Shown piece after piece: positions 1 to 12,154 of a stretch of 64,000 bases of DNA. Under the pieces are notes generated by a model. The model saw only the letters and a list, made by a program, of their open reading frames with translations. It was not told the origin of the DNA and ran no database searches. Within the stretch, counting starts at the first letter, position 1. Every line of letters starts with the position of its first letter. Source of the DNA: Geosiphon pyriformis uo1 (Eukaryota > Fungi > Glomeromycota); NCBI GenBank assembly GCA_016748015.1, contig JAAOMT010000771.1:98290-162289 (forward strand), written 5' to 3'. Position numbers and translations under genes: made by a program.

Positions 1-1400
1 GCACAAATCTCAGTAGGATCAGCAACTTCCCTTATAGAAGGAACTGCTATTTTACAATCTATTGGTTCTAATGACAAAAAAAAACACCCAGAACTAGCAC
101 CAGGAGAACCCTCTAAAATGTGGACACCAATTCCCTCAAACCTTCTGCCCATCAACCAGAACATGGCTTACCAAGATATCACAAAATTGGAAAAATTTTC
201 TAGAGAAGAAGACAACACATACTTGTGAATTCCAGAAGCTGAAAAAGTGGTTACTGCAAACAATTGGGATGATGACAGAACTATTCAAGCACTGCCATTC
301 TTCCTAATAAGAACTGCAGACTCATGATATTAAAGTCTAACAGAAAAACCAACTGACTTTGCCACCTTCAAGCTTGTTTTTCCATAATACTTTTACAACT
401 CTAATACTCTAATCCGATTGCAGAATCAATTCAGCATAATTAAACAAAAAGATTATGAAGCAGTAATTACTTATTTCGGACAATTCAATCAAATTCTTTG
501 TCAAATATTGGCTATCAAAAGAGACTACTATACCATAGCACAAGTTCTTAATTAATTTATTAAAGAATTATGGAGTAGTATTTTAAGATTTGTAAAACCC
601 TATTATCTGACCAATCTACAAGACACCATTGCTTTTACTCGCAATTTTGAGTCTGCAAAACAAGAAGTGAATTATATTCAAGTCATTAATTTAGCCATCA
701 ATAAAATCTCTAATACCAACACAAAGATCATCTAATTAAGTGAGAAATTAACTCAGAAAATTAAGAGATTCTTAGCCAGAACTGCAAGAACCTACCAACT
801 ACCACAATAAAGAGAAAATAACAATAACAGCAGATACCCACAGCATTAGAACTGTCAGCAACAACAACAACCTTAGGGATCCAATTCTCATAACTGTTAC
901 TACTGCCAGAAACCTGAACATATTATCTGGGATTGCTAACAGAAATTAGTGGGCCAGAACTAAGAAAATCAATATTAACAACCAAAATATTCTTAGGCTA
1001 TAAGACCACAATACCTATCCCAATATCAACTGCTTCAATACACACAACAAATCCAGTACATTCAACAACTATTACAGAATTATTATCAACCCTTTTCAAT
1101 AATCCAAGTGGTTCTGCACTATTCAGCTTCTATATATAACCAACTCCAACCCTAAGTTATTAACTATAATTAGGGATGAAAAAATCACAGCAACAATCAG
1201 ATACAAACTAACAGTAAACTATCTTGACCCATTAATTACAGTTATGTTCCATCTTAACTAATACCAACCAGATACCCAAATCAAGCCTTATATCTTAATC
1301 TTACTGAAAACCAGAATTTTGATAATTCCTTACTCTTAGAAAAAAAGAGTGTAAGAAAAATTTTTAATCCTTTAATAAGAAATCAAATCAACAATATCAT
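1..1400 (+). pseudogene. gag: gag of Gypsy element 1 (capsid-like region and CCHC zinc knuckle)
   Basis: Interrupted frame reads ...KLEKFSREEDN...ANNWDDDRTIQALPFFL...; CYYCQKPEHIIWDC at 895-936; Q/N-rich tail. Confidence 0.85.
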
Positions 1401-1518
1401 TCTACCCATCATTATTATAGAAGACACTACTCTTATTACTATCTTCACCTTTGACATTAATAATCTAAATACTACTAGTCTTTTCAGTGAAGCCGCCATT
1501 AACCAGAATAAACCCATA

Positions 1519-1815
1519 ATGGCACTGTACACTGATGCTAAAGTTGGAAACATAGACATTAAATTAATCTTTGATAGTGAATCAACAGGTAGTATAATCA
1601 CGAAACAACTTATAAATTAATTACATCAACAAATGAACTGTGCAGTGACTGCTTGAATCATCACTGCTAATGGCAATACCAAAACTTTTATTAGAAAAAT
1701 TGATAATTTCTCCTTTGAGATCAATAAAATCCAAATTCTTACTAAAATCCTGGTCATAGAAGCCACACAATATTAAGCTCTTGTCAAAAATGACTGGTTA
1801 GTCAAAGCCATGGAC
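1519..1815 (+). pseudogene. Retroviral-type aspartic protease of element 1
   Basis: MALYTDAKVGNIDIKLIFDSESTGSII (degenerate DSG) followed by ...ALVKNDWL (degenerate GNDWL motif). Confidence 0.8.
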
Positions 1816-2197
1816 ACCTGAATACAATAGATCTGATTATATTGTCGAGAATTTTTTTACTGATGACCCAGATGCATTTCAAGATTGTTACCAAGAATTG
1901 GCCCTGACCCAAGAAGAACAAGAACAGAAACTAACTGACTTAAACACAAAATTATGTGATCATTGTCTAATCTCTTGCCATTTCTAGTACTGCGACAAAT
2001 GTGATCTTATGTTCAATCCACTACCAAGAACATTATACCCTATTAACAAACTACCAAAACCTAAAGAAGAAACTGAGTTAATAGTTAAAAACATGCTGGT
2101 TCAAAAGCCAAATAAGACTACTGAAACAAAGCAGTACTTTTCATATTCCAACCTCTTCAAAAAATTAGAATTGAAATAATATAGCAATAATAATAAG

Positions 2198-2592
2198 GGA
2201 ATCTGTCCCAAAAAAGCACATAACATCAATGCTGGTTTCGATTTACAATATCCTGGACAATCATTTCTAGTCATAGCCCTGCATTTCCTAGTAAGCATAG
2301 ATCTTAAAATAGCATTAAAAATTTCTGTTAGTACTATGATACAAGTAGCATTTAGATCTAGCCTCACAAAGAAAAGAATCAATGTAAAAAGAGGAATCAT
2401 TAATGCCAATATACTAAAAATATTATTGTGATGCTACAGAACAATTTGAATAGGTCTTACAAAATAGAATCTCACAAAAAGATTGCCCAAGCCTTCTTCT
2501 AGTCCTTAGTCAAATTACCACAACTAACTCTGATTATGACCCAAACAGAATTAAGCCTTACTGCCCAAGGAATCAGTGGGTTCAGATCAAGT
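2198..2592 (+). pseudogene. dut: Trimeric dUTPase domain within pol, between PR and RT
   Basis: All five dUTPase motifs in order, degenerate: AGFDL (~2232), RSSL (~2354), GIINA..Y (~2393), KIAQ (~2479), AQGISGFRSS (~2563-2592). Confidence 0.85.
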
Positions 2593-2999
2593 AAAAGAGG
2601 AAATGTACCAGTTAATTTTACAAAAAAAAACAGTAATCAGGTAAAACTTATCTATACTGACACTGTCATTTCCATCTCTCCTTATTGACAATATATCCTC
2701 AAAATAAATCAAAAAATCTAAGACCAAGCTCTGCTATTTGAAGCCAACCCAGAAATCTGTTCACTAGCTGATGTCACTAACTTATACCTACTAGCAAAGA
2801 CTCATAAACACTTCAAAATCCTTATTTACAACCTGACTGAAGACATTGTAGAAATTCTGAAAAGAACTCTTGTTGGTTCTATATTCCCAGATATTCAGAA
2901 TCCAAATAAACCCCAGCCTATTCTAGATTTTGCACAATTGTTCTTATTCTGTGACATTACTTTACAAGTATAGAATCTGTCAAAGGAAAGCTACTTGTT

Positions 3000-5800
3000 C
3001 ATACCAAAAAAAATCAATAAACTCAATTTAAGAAACTTGAGCACTTTACAACAAATACAATTTAAGGTTCTATTGAACCAATATGCTAATGTTTTTGTCA
3101 GCAAAAATAAGTTCGGATGTACTAACATCATGAAACATCAGATTGACACAAAAGATGCTTGACTTATTAAGCAGCAGGCTTACCAAGTATCTCTAACTGG
3201 TGACAATTTAATTAAGCAAGAAGTACAATGAATGCTTGATAACGGCTTAATTAGAGAATTGTTAAGTTCTTGGTCCTCCCCAGTAGTCCTAGTTATTAAG
3301 AAAAACGAAAAAGTATGATTCTGCATAGATTACTGAAAATTATATAGTGTTACTCAAGGGGATAGTTATCCCACTCCCTTCATTCAAGAAATCCTGAACA
3401 ACTTAGGCAAAAAAAAATGGTTCTCATTATTGGATCTAGCCAGTGAATATTGGCAAGTAGAAATAAACCCCAAAGACAAAAAAAAAATGGCATTTACCAC
3501 CTGAGACAGCAATTTTAAATTTAATGTAATGTCTTTTAGACTTTGTAATACTCCTGCCACTTTTCAATGCCTTATGGATATAGAATACAAAGAAATCCTT
3601 TAAAAATCAGTCATAGTCTATCTAGATAACACAAACATGTTCTTTAAAACATTCAATGATTACCTGCTCCACCTTCAACAAGTCTTTGAATGTTTTTGAA
3701 ATACTGGATTAAAACTCAATCCTGATAAATGCTTTTTTGGGAAAACTGAATTAAAATTCCTAGGGCATGTGATTAGCAAAGACGGAATTAAACCTGATCC
3801 AAACAAAATCCAAAAAGTCAAAGACTTCCCAGTCCCAATCAATCTATGAGAATTATAAGAATTTTTAAGATTAGTGGAATACTATTAGAGATTTGTCAAA
3901 GAATTCTCAACTATTGTAAAACTCCTTCACCACTTATTGTTTAAATATGTACTATACCTATAGAAAAAAGACCAACAAAAAGCATTCAACTATCTCAAAC
4001 AGTGCTTGATCACATCTCCAATATTAATCTATCTAAATTTTACCAAATGTTTTATTGTCACTACAAACACCTCAAAAAATGCATTAAGAGCTGTCCTATT
4101 ACAAATAGATCCTGATAACAGAGAACATTCAATCACATATGCTAGTTGTAACACAAGTCCAGTCAAGAAGATATATAGTACAATAGACTTGGAATGTCTC
4201 GCCATTTATTGGGTCATACAGACTTGGAAATATTATCTTAGTCAACCATTTGACCTATATACCGACCACAAAGAACTTATTTGGTTACTTAATAATCCAC
4301 AATTAAAAAAAAAATATGTGAGATGGAGTACTTATCTACAACAATTTTTACTCAAAGTTCATTACAAAAAAAGATCTAAGAATACTAATGCTGACAGTTT
4401 GTCAAGAATACCACAAATCTAATTCCAGATCTATAAACACAACTACCTATTAACTATTGTATCAGTATTTATCGACACTTCAGTTCAAGAAAATATTACC
4501 TCAACAGAAACAAAGTGCCATATAGAAACAAGTGTAAAACTACTTTATTTAAAACAATCAACTCTATTGTCGAGAACAATGAAACCATCCCACTCTACAA
4601 TAATTGATTAAGAACAATGAAAAAGAAACTATATTATATAGCATGCACTCAAATACAACTGCAGAACACTTTAACAAAGATACTACTTTGGAAAGAACAA
4701 TTAATCTATACTATTGGCCAATGATATATAAGAATATCTTCAAGTATATTCTTAATTGTAATTCATGCCAAAGAAGAGGAAGATCAAATTCAACAGAACT
4801 ATTTTGACCCATTCCAGTTGGAAATTTATTTGATAGAATTGGGATTGATTTGGTTGGTTCTCTCTTCATAACATCCAAAAAAAATTGTTACATTGCCATA
4901 GCAGTAGAATATCTTACAAAATAGCCAGAAGCCAGAGCAATTCAGGTAGCCAATGCTAAAACAGTAGTAGAATTCGTGCATCAAGATCTAATTTGCCAAC
5001 ATAGATGTCTAAAAGAATTGCTATCTGACCAAGGAATACATTTTATTAATAGTACACTGACCAAATTAAGCCAACAGTTTGGAATAAAGCAACTCCTCTT
5101 GTCACCATATTACCCATAAACAAATAGATTAGTAGAACAATTTAACTGAACATTGTATGAAGTATTAGTAAAAATAAGCTACAAAAACACACAAGAATGG
5201 GACTTATTTATATTTTCTGTATTATTAGCATACCAAACATTAAAGCAAAATATGACTCAGTTTATGCTATTTGAACTAGTTTATAAAAAAAAAGCAATGT
5301 TACTTATTGAACAAAAAATACAGTCATACTCAACTGAAATAATCACAGAAGAAAATTTTGAAGCCACCTTATATTAAAAAACATACTAGCTAATAGAAAT
5401 ATTATAAGACAATCATAGAATAACAGTTGACAATATTAATAATGCATAAGAATGACAGAAAAAAAAACATAATAACCCCTCTACCTAAGCAACCAATAGA
5501 ATTTAGGATTAGAGACCAAGTATTGTTACATTGTACAAAAGCTAAGAAACAATGAAGTAGAAAATTCGACCCAAAATGAGATGATTCATTCCATATACAC
5601 AAAGCTTTAGGAAATAGAGCTTACAAACTATGATTGGAAGACAGGATTTTAAAAAAAGTAGCTTATGGGAACTGATTAAAAATTTATTATGTAAAACAGC
5701 AGTTATTGTCATCAGTACCTTAACTAGAAACACAAATTTCATTAATCAGGCCAAAAGATATATTATGAGATTTGGAACCAATCATCATCATCAAAACATA
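3000..5800 (+). pseudogene. pol: RT-RNase H-integrase of element 1
   Basis: WSSPVVLV, FCIDY, LDLASEYWQV, VYLDN (YLDD with D>N), KFLGHVIS; RH TNTSKNALRAVL...DLECLAIYW...YTDHK...NADSLSR; IN H...H...CNSCQR, GIDLVG, LSDQGIHF; ends ...LEPIIII near 5790. Confidence 0.93.
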
Positions 5801-6592
5801 AACAATAGATAGCAAATTAAATTAGGGAATTCAAGTATATATAGCATCTGAAAAAACAACAAGAACAATAGAATTTTTAATATAAACTTTTTAGATTAAA
5901 TTCTACAATTCTTAAAACAACTATTTGAAGTGATCCAACAATTTACATCTCAAATAGAGATTATAATTAATAAAAAAGAGATAAAATATAGAGAAAAGAG
6001 GAAGAAAGGGATGGACAAGAGTTCAACTAGAACTAACCGTTCTCATTCCTATGTACCACTCAAAAAGGAAAAAAAAGAATTAGAAAAAAAAAAATATACT
6101 TCTCAAGCAGGACAGGAAAGAAAAAAAGTTTATAAAAAAAAATACTTGGTCCCTGAGCTTAAAAAAATTAAAGAAGCTTTAACTTGTGGAACTGATCTTC
6201 CCAAAACAAAAGAATGGATGCTAAACAATGTCCAAAAATGAAAAGAAAGACTTTCTTCAGTATATTGGTTCTACAAAATCAGTAAACAGCTAGATTTGAA
6301 GACACTATATGATGATCTTAATCAGAAAACTTTTAACAAAGAAGCAATACAACAAGTAAAAAAATTTTTAGGAAGAAGCAACCTAATGCTGCATTACAAA
6401 GCAGCATACTAACTGTATGCCACTTTTCAACATTGTTCAAACATACTGTTGTACAAATCTATGAAGACTATAATAAGACAAACAACCAATCAATAGTTCA
6501 AAAACCTACAAAAAACAATACTCAACACAATAATCAAACATTACACGAAAAAAGCCATATTAACAAATACCTACAATTTTGCAAAAGCTTAA
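5800..6592 (+). pseudogene. Extra ORF (ORF3) of unknown function between pol and PPT
   Basis: The frame of ORF 5930-6241 continues to ~6592, broken only by single stop codons (TGA 6239, TAA ~6410, TAG ~6494): ...SSVYWFYKISKQLDL...LHYKAAY*LYATFQHC... Start position uncertain. Confidence 0.6.
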
Positions 6593-6596
6593 TTCT

Positions 6597-6611
6597 AAAA
6601 AGGAGAGATAA
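6597..6611 (+). promoter_or_regulatory. Polypurine tract (plus-strand primer)
   Basis: AAAAAGGAGAGATAA immediately before the LTR start TGTTAT at 6612. Confidence 0.75.
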
Positions 6612-6660
6612 TGTTATCTGAGTAGAAAAACCGATTCAAAGTTATGAGAAAAAGTGACCA

Positions 6661-6870
6661 AAAACATGACATAACACAGAATAGCATAGAATAATATTGG
6701 ATAATATGTTATAACTTAGGATAATGCAGAATAATGTGTCATAATGTAGGATAACACAAAATAACATATAATAATACCAGATAACATATTATAATATAAG
6801 ATAACACAGAATAACATGTAATAATACCAGATAACATGTTATAACATAGGATAACTAGCAATAACATAGA
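6661..6870 (+). repeat. 10-bp-period tandem array in U3 (~21 units, consensus ~ATAACAYAGR)
   Basis: ataacacaga/atagcataga/ataatattgg/ataatatgtt/ataacttagg... in exact 10-nt register. Confidence 0.9.
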
Positions 6871-7224
6871 AAAGCAAAGCAATAGCTAGCAATAGTGAGA
6901 CAATTAAAAGCAAGCCTATAAAACCAAAAGAATATATAAAAGCAAATAGTTGTAGAAGTTGGAAAAAACAGACAGTTAGTTAGTAATCAATTTTTCTTTG
7001 TATTATATTTTTTATATATCTATAGTCTGAAATACAATAATTATTAAAAAAAAGAAACAAAAATCCAAATTACCAATTCATGTTCTCCAAATCTTATGAA
7101 TTTTAATTGAAATTAAAATCAGTGTTTTCTACTTCTGTTCTAAGACAGATGCTATTAGCATAAATGTCTCAAATCTTTAATAATTTGGACCAATCCCTCT
7201 TGATCATGGCAATTGATGGGAACT

Positions 7225-7226
<2 letters not shown>

Positions 7227-7258
<32 letters not shown>

Positions 7259-7283
7259 CTTTTTTTATTTTTTTTATTTTTTT
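7227..7283 (+). repeat. Poly-T tract inside the LTR
   Basis: About 32 uninterrupted T, then an interrupted T run. Confidence 0.95.
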
Positions 7284-7662
7284 GTTTGGAGTAACAACAT
7301 AAGAAAATTGACTGTTTTAGAATAGACTTTGTAATAGCCTGATAAAAGAGAAAAGCTTCTCTTAGGTTTTTGGATATTAATGTTATCTTGTTAGCTTACT
7401 AGAAGAGTGAAAAGACAATGCCAAACTTTAATGACTGTGCTTATAAGCTCAAAAAAAAAAGTTCACATTTATAGAAAAATATTGCAATCAATGAAAAACA
7501 AACTCTGTGTCTTATAACCAAAGAACTCAATAGGTAAATTCACATTCAGAAATAGACTTTTAGAGACTAATAACATTGATACTGTGAAAAACATACAACC
7601 TCGGAACACTAAATTAGAGCACCAAATGTTATCACCATACTCCACCAAGTTTATCCATAACA

Positions 7663-10600
7663 CTGTAAACAGAATGATCATTAAAAATTGTTCCAGATTA
7701 ATCTTTAAGAATATAAGAACCATTGTTTAAAACTTTGTTGACTATAAAGAGTCTTTTCCACTAATTAAAGAATTTATCACCATAAACATTGTCTTTGTCT
7801 GAATAGTATTCTAATACCAAGTTACCAATACTTAATGAAAGTGTTTTATATGGTTTCTTTTTTTTAAGCTTTTCTTGGAACTGTTTTATCTTTTCAAAGG
7901 CAATTATTCGTGTCTTTACCAATGTGTCAAGAATGGTACCAAGTTTTTTTTGCAGAATGTCTTTATAATTTTCTATTGTAATTTCTTTAAAGGGTATTGT
8001 TTTAATATTAGTTTCTATTGATATTGTTGCCATACATCTATAGAGCAGATAAAAAGGTTTATAATTTGTTATATCATGATTTACAGTTCTATAAGCAAAC
8101 AAAGCTGAAGGAAGTACTTTGTACCATAAGTTTGTTTTTTTACTGGTTTTGGTTAAGGTTTTACATAGTGTTCTATTAAAACGTTCTACTAGACTATTTG
8201 TTTGAGGGTGATAAAAAGAAAAAAGTTTATGACATATTCCCATTTTTCTACAAAGTTCTTTAACCAGTGTACTAAGAAAAGCTCTTTTTCTATCAGATAA
8301 AAGTTCTTTGGAGCAGCTGTGATAACAAATAATATCTTTATAAATGAAATTGGCAATAGAGCCTGCTGTTTGATCTGGAGTGGCTCTTGCTTCTACCCAC
8401 TTTATAAGATAGTTAGTAGTTGTGATAATGTATCTATTGCCATCAGGAGTTATTATTAAAGATCTAATAACATCTATACCAATTTTGTTAAATGATTGGC
8501 CAATAGAAATTGGATGAATATCTTCTTTGTGATTTGGTTTTTCTCTTCTTTGGCAGGTGTTACAGGTTTTAATGTATTCAGCAATGTCTTTTTCCAAAGT
8601 AGACCAATAATAGTGAACTAAAGTTTTCTGGATTGTTTTTGTTTTTCCAAAGTGTTCAGTTAATAAATTAATGTGTATATTATAGATTACAATTTTTCTT
8701 TCTTCAAATCTTATAACTCTTTGGAGGTGGTCAGAATCTTTTTTGTTTCTTTTGTATAACTGGTTCTAATAGATCAAATAGAAATTTGATTGTTTGTGTA
8801 AATGTTCTCTTTGCTGTTGAGTGTAGTCTGGTGAGTATTGTCTTTTATCCAGAAATTCTATTAAGGCAGAGTAGTTGTCCAAGTCCATTATCGTGTTTGT
8901 TTGTAGGAAAGTTACTAATAATTAGGTTGGTTTGGTTTGAAAAGATTGTACTGTTACTGAATAGTAAGTCTAAAGAGAACATTGGCATTTTGATAATTAG
9001 CTTCTTTATAATGTTGAATGTCATAATTGAATTCATCCAAGTGAAGTATTCAGCAAGTTATCTATTTGTGTTCCAGTTTTTTTTTGTTGCATAGCCAAAC
9101 CAAAGCTTGGTGATCTGTTACCACCAAAAACTTCATACCAAGAAGATATTTGTTCTAGTAACTTGTAATCCAAACTACTGCTAAGCATTTCTGCTTAATA
9201 ACTAAGTAGTTTTGTTTTGCTGGTGTGAGAGTTCTATTGGTATATGCTATGGCATGTTCTTTGTCATCTTCATCTTTTTGGGAAAGTACTGTACCAAGTT
9301 CATAGCCAGATGTATCAATATAAAGGATAAAAGATCAATTTAAATTAGGTTGTATAAAAATAGATTCTGTAACCAGTTTTTTCTTTAAAATTTCAAAAGC
9401 TTTTTGTTGATAAGTGTTCCAGTGATAATTGACATTTTTTCTCAGTAGCTAATTGAAAAGAGTGGCAATTTTAGAGAAATCCTTAACAAATTTGTGGTAA
9501 TAAAAGGCCAAACCAAAGAAAGAGTGTAGTTTATGAACATTCATTAGTTGTCTAATGTTCTGAACTTTTCCAACTTTGGCTGGATCAGAGAAGATTTCAT
9601 CTTTTGTAATAAAATGGCCAAAGAACTAGGTAAACTGGTGTCCAAAGAAAGATTTGATTGAGTTGATCTTAAGGCCAATATTTCTGAGCAGATCAAAAAC
9701 CTTTTGCAAATGTTCAAGGTGTTTATTTCAGGTTTTTGAGTATACTATTATATCATCTAAGTAGACCAGAACAAAGTTTTCTGTTACTGATTCAAACACT
9801 TTGTTTATTAGGCATTAAAAGATGGGAGGAGCATTGGTGAGACCAAAAAACATGACTGTAAATTTGTAAGTACCATACTTAGTAATGAAAACAGTTTTCT
9901 TTCTGCTTTCTGGATTCATTTCTACTTGCCAGAATCCAGCAGTTAGATCAATGGTTGAAAAGAAAACAGCACCATTGAATTGGTTTAGCATTGCATTAAT
10001 CTTAAGAAGTGAGTACATGTCTCTTTTAGTGATGGCATTTAATTGGCAGTAGTCAACACAGAAGCATAAAATTCCACTTTTTTTAGCTGCCACTACAACT
10101 GAGAATGCTTATTTACTCTTGGTTTCTTGTGTGAATCCAAGATTTTTTATCTGGTTTATTTCTTTCTTAATGAATTTATTATTGTGACAATTGAACTAAT
10201 AAGGCTTCAAATAAATGGGGCGAGTTTTTCTGGTGGTGATAGTGTGTTGTATTACATGTGTCTGTCCAAGAGCATCACTTTTTTTTGATATAACTGGGCT
10301 GTTTTTAGTCAATAGATTTTCAATGTCCACTTTTCTTTCTTCTGAAGAGGGTTTTTTTTATTCTACTATTAGTAATTTAATCTCAGATGGTTCACTTTTA
10401 AAGGACTTTGGACTTTTTTTATTTCTTTGTGGGGTATCAAGCTGATTGGTTCCTAATTTTTGTAATAGATTAGACAGAACATGCATTCATTACTAGGAAA
10501 ATACAATGATTTGTTACACTAGTACTAAGCACAAGGATCATGTTACCAATAACTGTATTTTGCTTTCTTGCCAGATTTTCTGTCAAAGGTTCTTCTGAGT

Positions 10601-11620
10601 ATGGGATAATAAGGCCAGCAGATCAATTTGCCATTGACAATGATTTCCTTTTTGTTTGCTTTGACATTATCCAATAGCTTGTCATTACTGGTAAAAATAA
10701 TATAGGCCAGTTTAGCAGTTTCTTTTTGTTTTTCTTGTTTTTCTTGTTTTTCACTTTTTTTATTATCTGATTTATCTGATTGTTCTTCTTTTTGGCTCTG
10801 CTTGGGTGCTGAAGGAGTTGTCCAATGATGACACTTAACCATAATGAGTTTTTTATTACATTTGATAGTCAGTTTACAAAATTTATAATCAAGTAGAGCT
10901 TTTGCTTTTTTGAGCCATTTATTACCAACAATGGTGATGTATTTTTTAGCTTTAAATATTTCCATGTCAGTTTCAATTCTAATGCCATTAATGTGAACAG
11001 AAACAGCTTTGGCTATACTCAGATCTTTTTTCTTATCACTATGCATATTGGTCATTGGTCATGTAGATGGTTCATCAATCTTTCTGCCAATTGCTTCAAA
11101 GAAGTGTTTGGCAATAACACTGACAGATAATCTACTGTTTAAGATCAAGTCAATAAAATAGCCAGCTACTTGAGCTTTGCAAAGATCTTTTCTGAATTGT
11201 GAATAGGTTATTAACTGGCCAAAGATGATGTGAGCTGGAGTTTTCATGAGATCTTTTACAACAGAATAGGTGCCAGATTTTTGTACACTTTCTGGGGATT
11301 TTAACTTTGAAAAATTCTTGAAAACTTTGGCTTTAGGTGGCTTATTGTTATTAGCAGTTAATATGGATGCTTTGTTTGGGTTCAAAACGAAATCAATCTT
11401 GGCTTTTTTCTTCTTTCTTGTTGTTTCTGAGGTGTTGATTGCTAGTTCATCCATGTCATAGTCATTATTAGTTAGATTAAAAGTGTAAAAGAGGTTTTTT
11501 TCTGGTTGGCTTGCACTCTCACCTTTTGGAGGTGCACTTACTAGTTTAAAGGCTGATAAACAGTGGCTTCAGCCAGGGGATCCTCTCCAAAGAAATTAAT
11601 GTTGGCATGCTTAACTACTG
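7663..11620 (-). mobile_element. pol: Degenerate Ty3/Gypsy element 2 (end of gag, PR-RT-RH-IN); 5' part missing, 3' end interrupted by element 1
   Basis: ORF 11059-11454 (LILNSRLSVSVI = degenerate DSG protease), RT ORF 9815-10093 (FCVDYCQLN, IDLTAGFWQV), VYLDD ~9750, RH ~9400-8990, integrase ORF 7761-8597 (CNTCQRR, GIDVI, YHPQTNSLVERFNRTL), WKRLF (GPF-like) ~7750. Confidence 0.93.
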
Positions 11621-12154
11621 TTAAAACTCCCTTTTAGGAAGAATTATATGCTTTTTAGAGTAATATTACATAATCATTCTTTCAGGGTCTTTGATTGGAA
11701 GGAAACATAAAAACACATTTTCCGAGGAATTATAGCTAATAAGTTTAGAAACAGCTTTGAATGGCATTTTACTCGAAACACATGTGCATTAAGTACCTAT
11801 GCATGATTCGAAAAATGTTAAATTTATAAATTTCATTATCTGTAAGAAGTGAGCTAATCTTTGAAATTAATAAGGATGAACTGCAAAAATATCAAAATAT
11901 TAATACATTTCCAGGGGACGAAAATTTAATGCAAAAACATTTAACACAAACGATTAAAATAAATGAATATATGCGTATGTCATAGCCATAGACATTGCCA
12001 TTGCCTTGAAATTTTCAAGATTAAAAAGCCACAAGAAATTATAACTTGGGCTTCGAAAAATTTACTCTGAGGTTTACGTAAAAACTAATTTTGTTAAAGA
12101 ATAAAAACGGCTCAATATGTTTAACGACCTTGAATGTGTTAGAATCGTTCTAAA

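Larger units (their letters stand above)
1..7662 (+). mobile_element. Degenerate Ty3/Gypsy LTR retrotransposon (element 1), 5' end outside the window; gag-PR-dUTPase-RT-RH-IN-ORF3-PPT-3'LTR
   Basis: Domains in Gypsy order: CCHC knuckle (895-936), protease (~1560), dUTPase, RT (WSSPVVLV ~3271; VYLDN ~3616), RNase H (ORF 4006-4422), integrase HHCC (4604-4807) and core, PPT, TG...CA LTR. Many stops and frameshifts. Confidence 0.95.
6612..7662 (+). repeat. 3' LTR of element 1 (~1051 bp)
   Basis: Starts TGTTAT right after the PPT and ends with the inverted ATAACA (7657-7662), exactly where the integrase frame of element 2 begins. TATA-like TATATAAA at ~6933. Confidence 0.8.

Noticed and set aside
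6661-6870. CRISPR-like array
   Set aside because: Contiguous 10-bp units with no spacers, no cas genes, and an LTR context.
7339-7370. Possible hammerhead ribozyme (CTGATAA followed by a perfect hairpin)
   Set aside because: The required GAAA after stem II is absent (AGGTTT), and stems I and III could not be formed.
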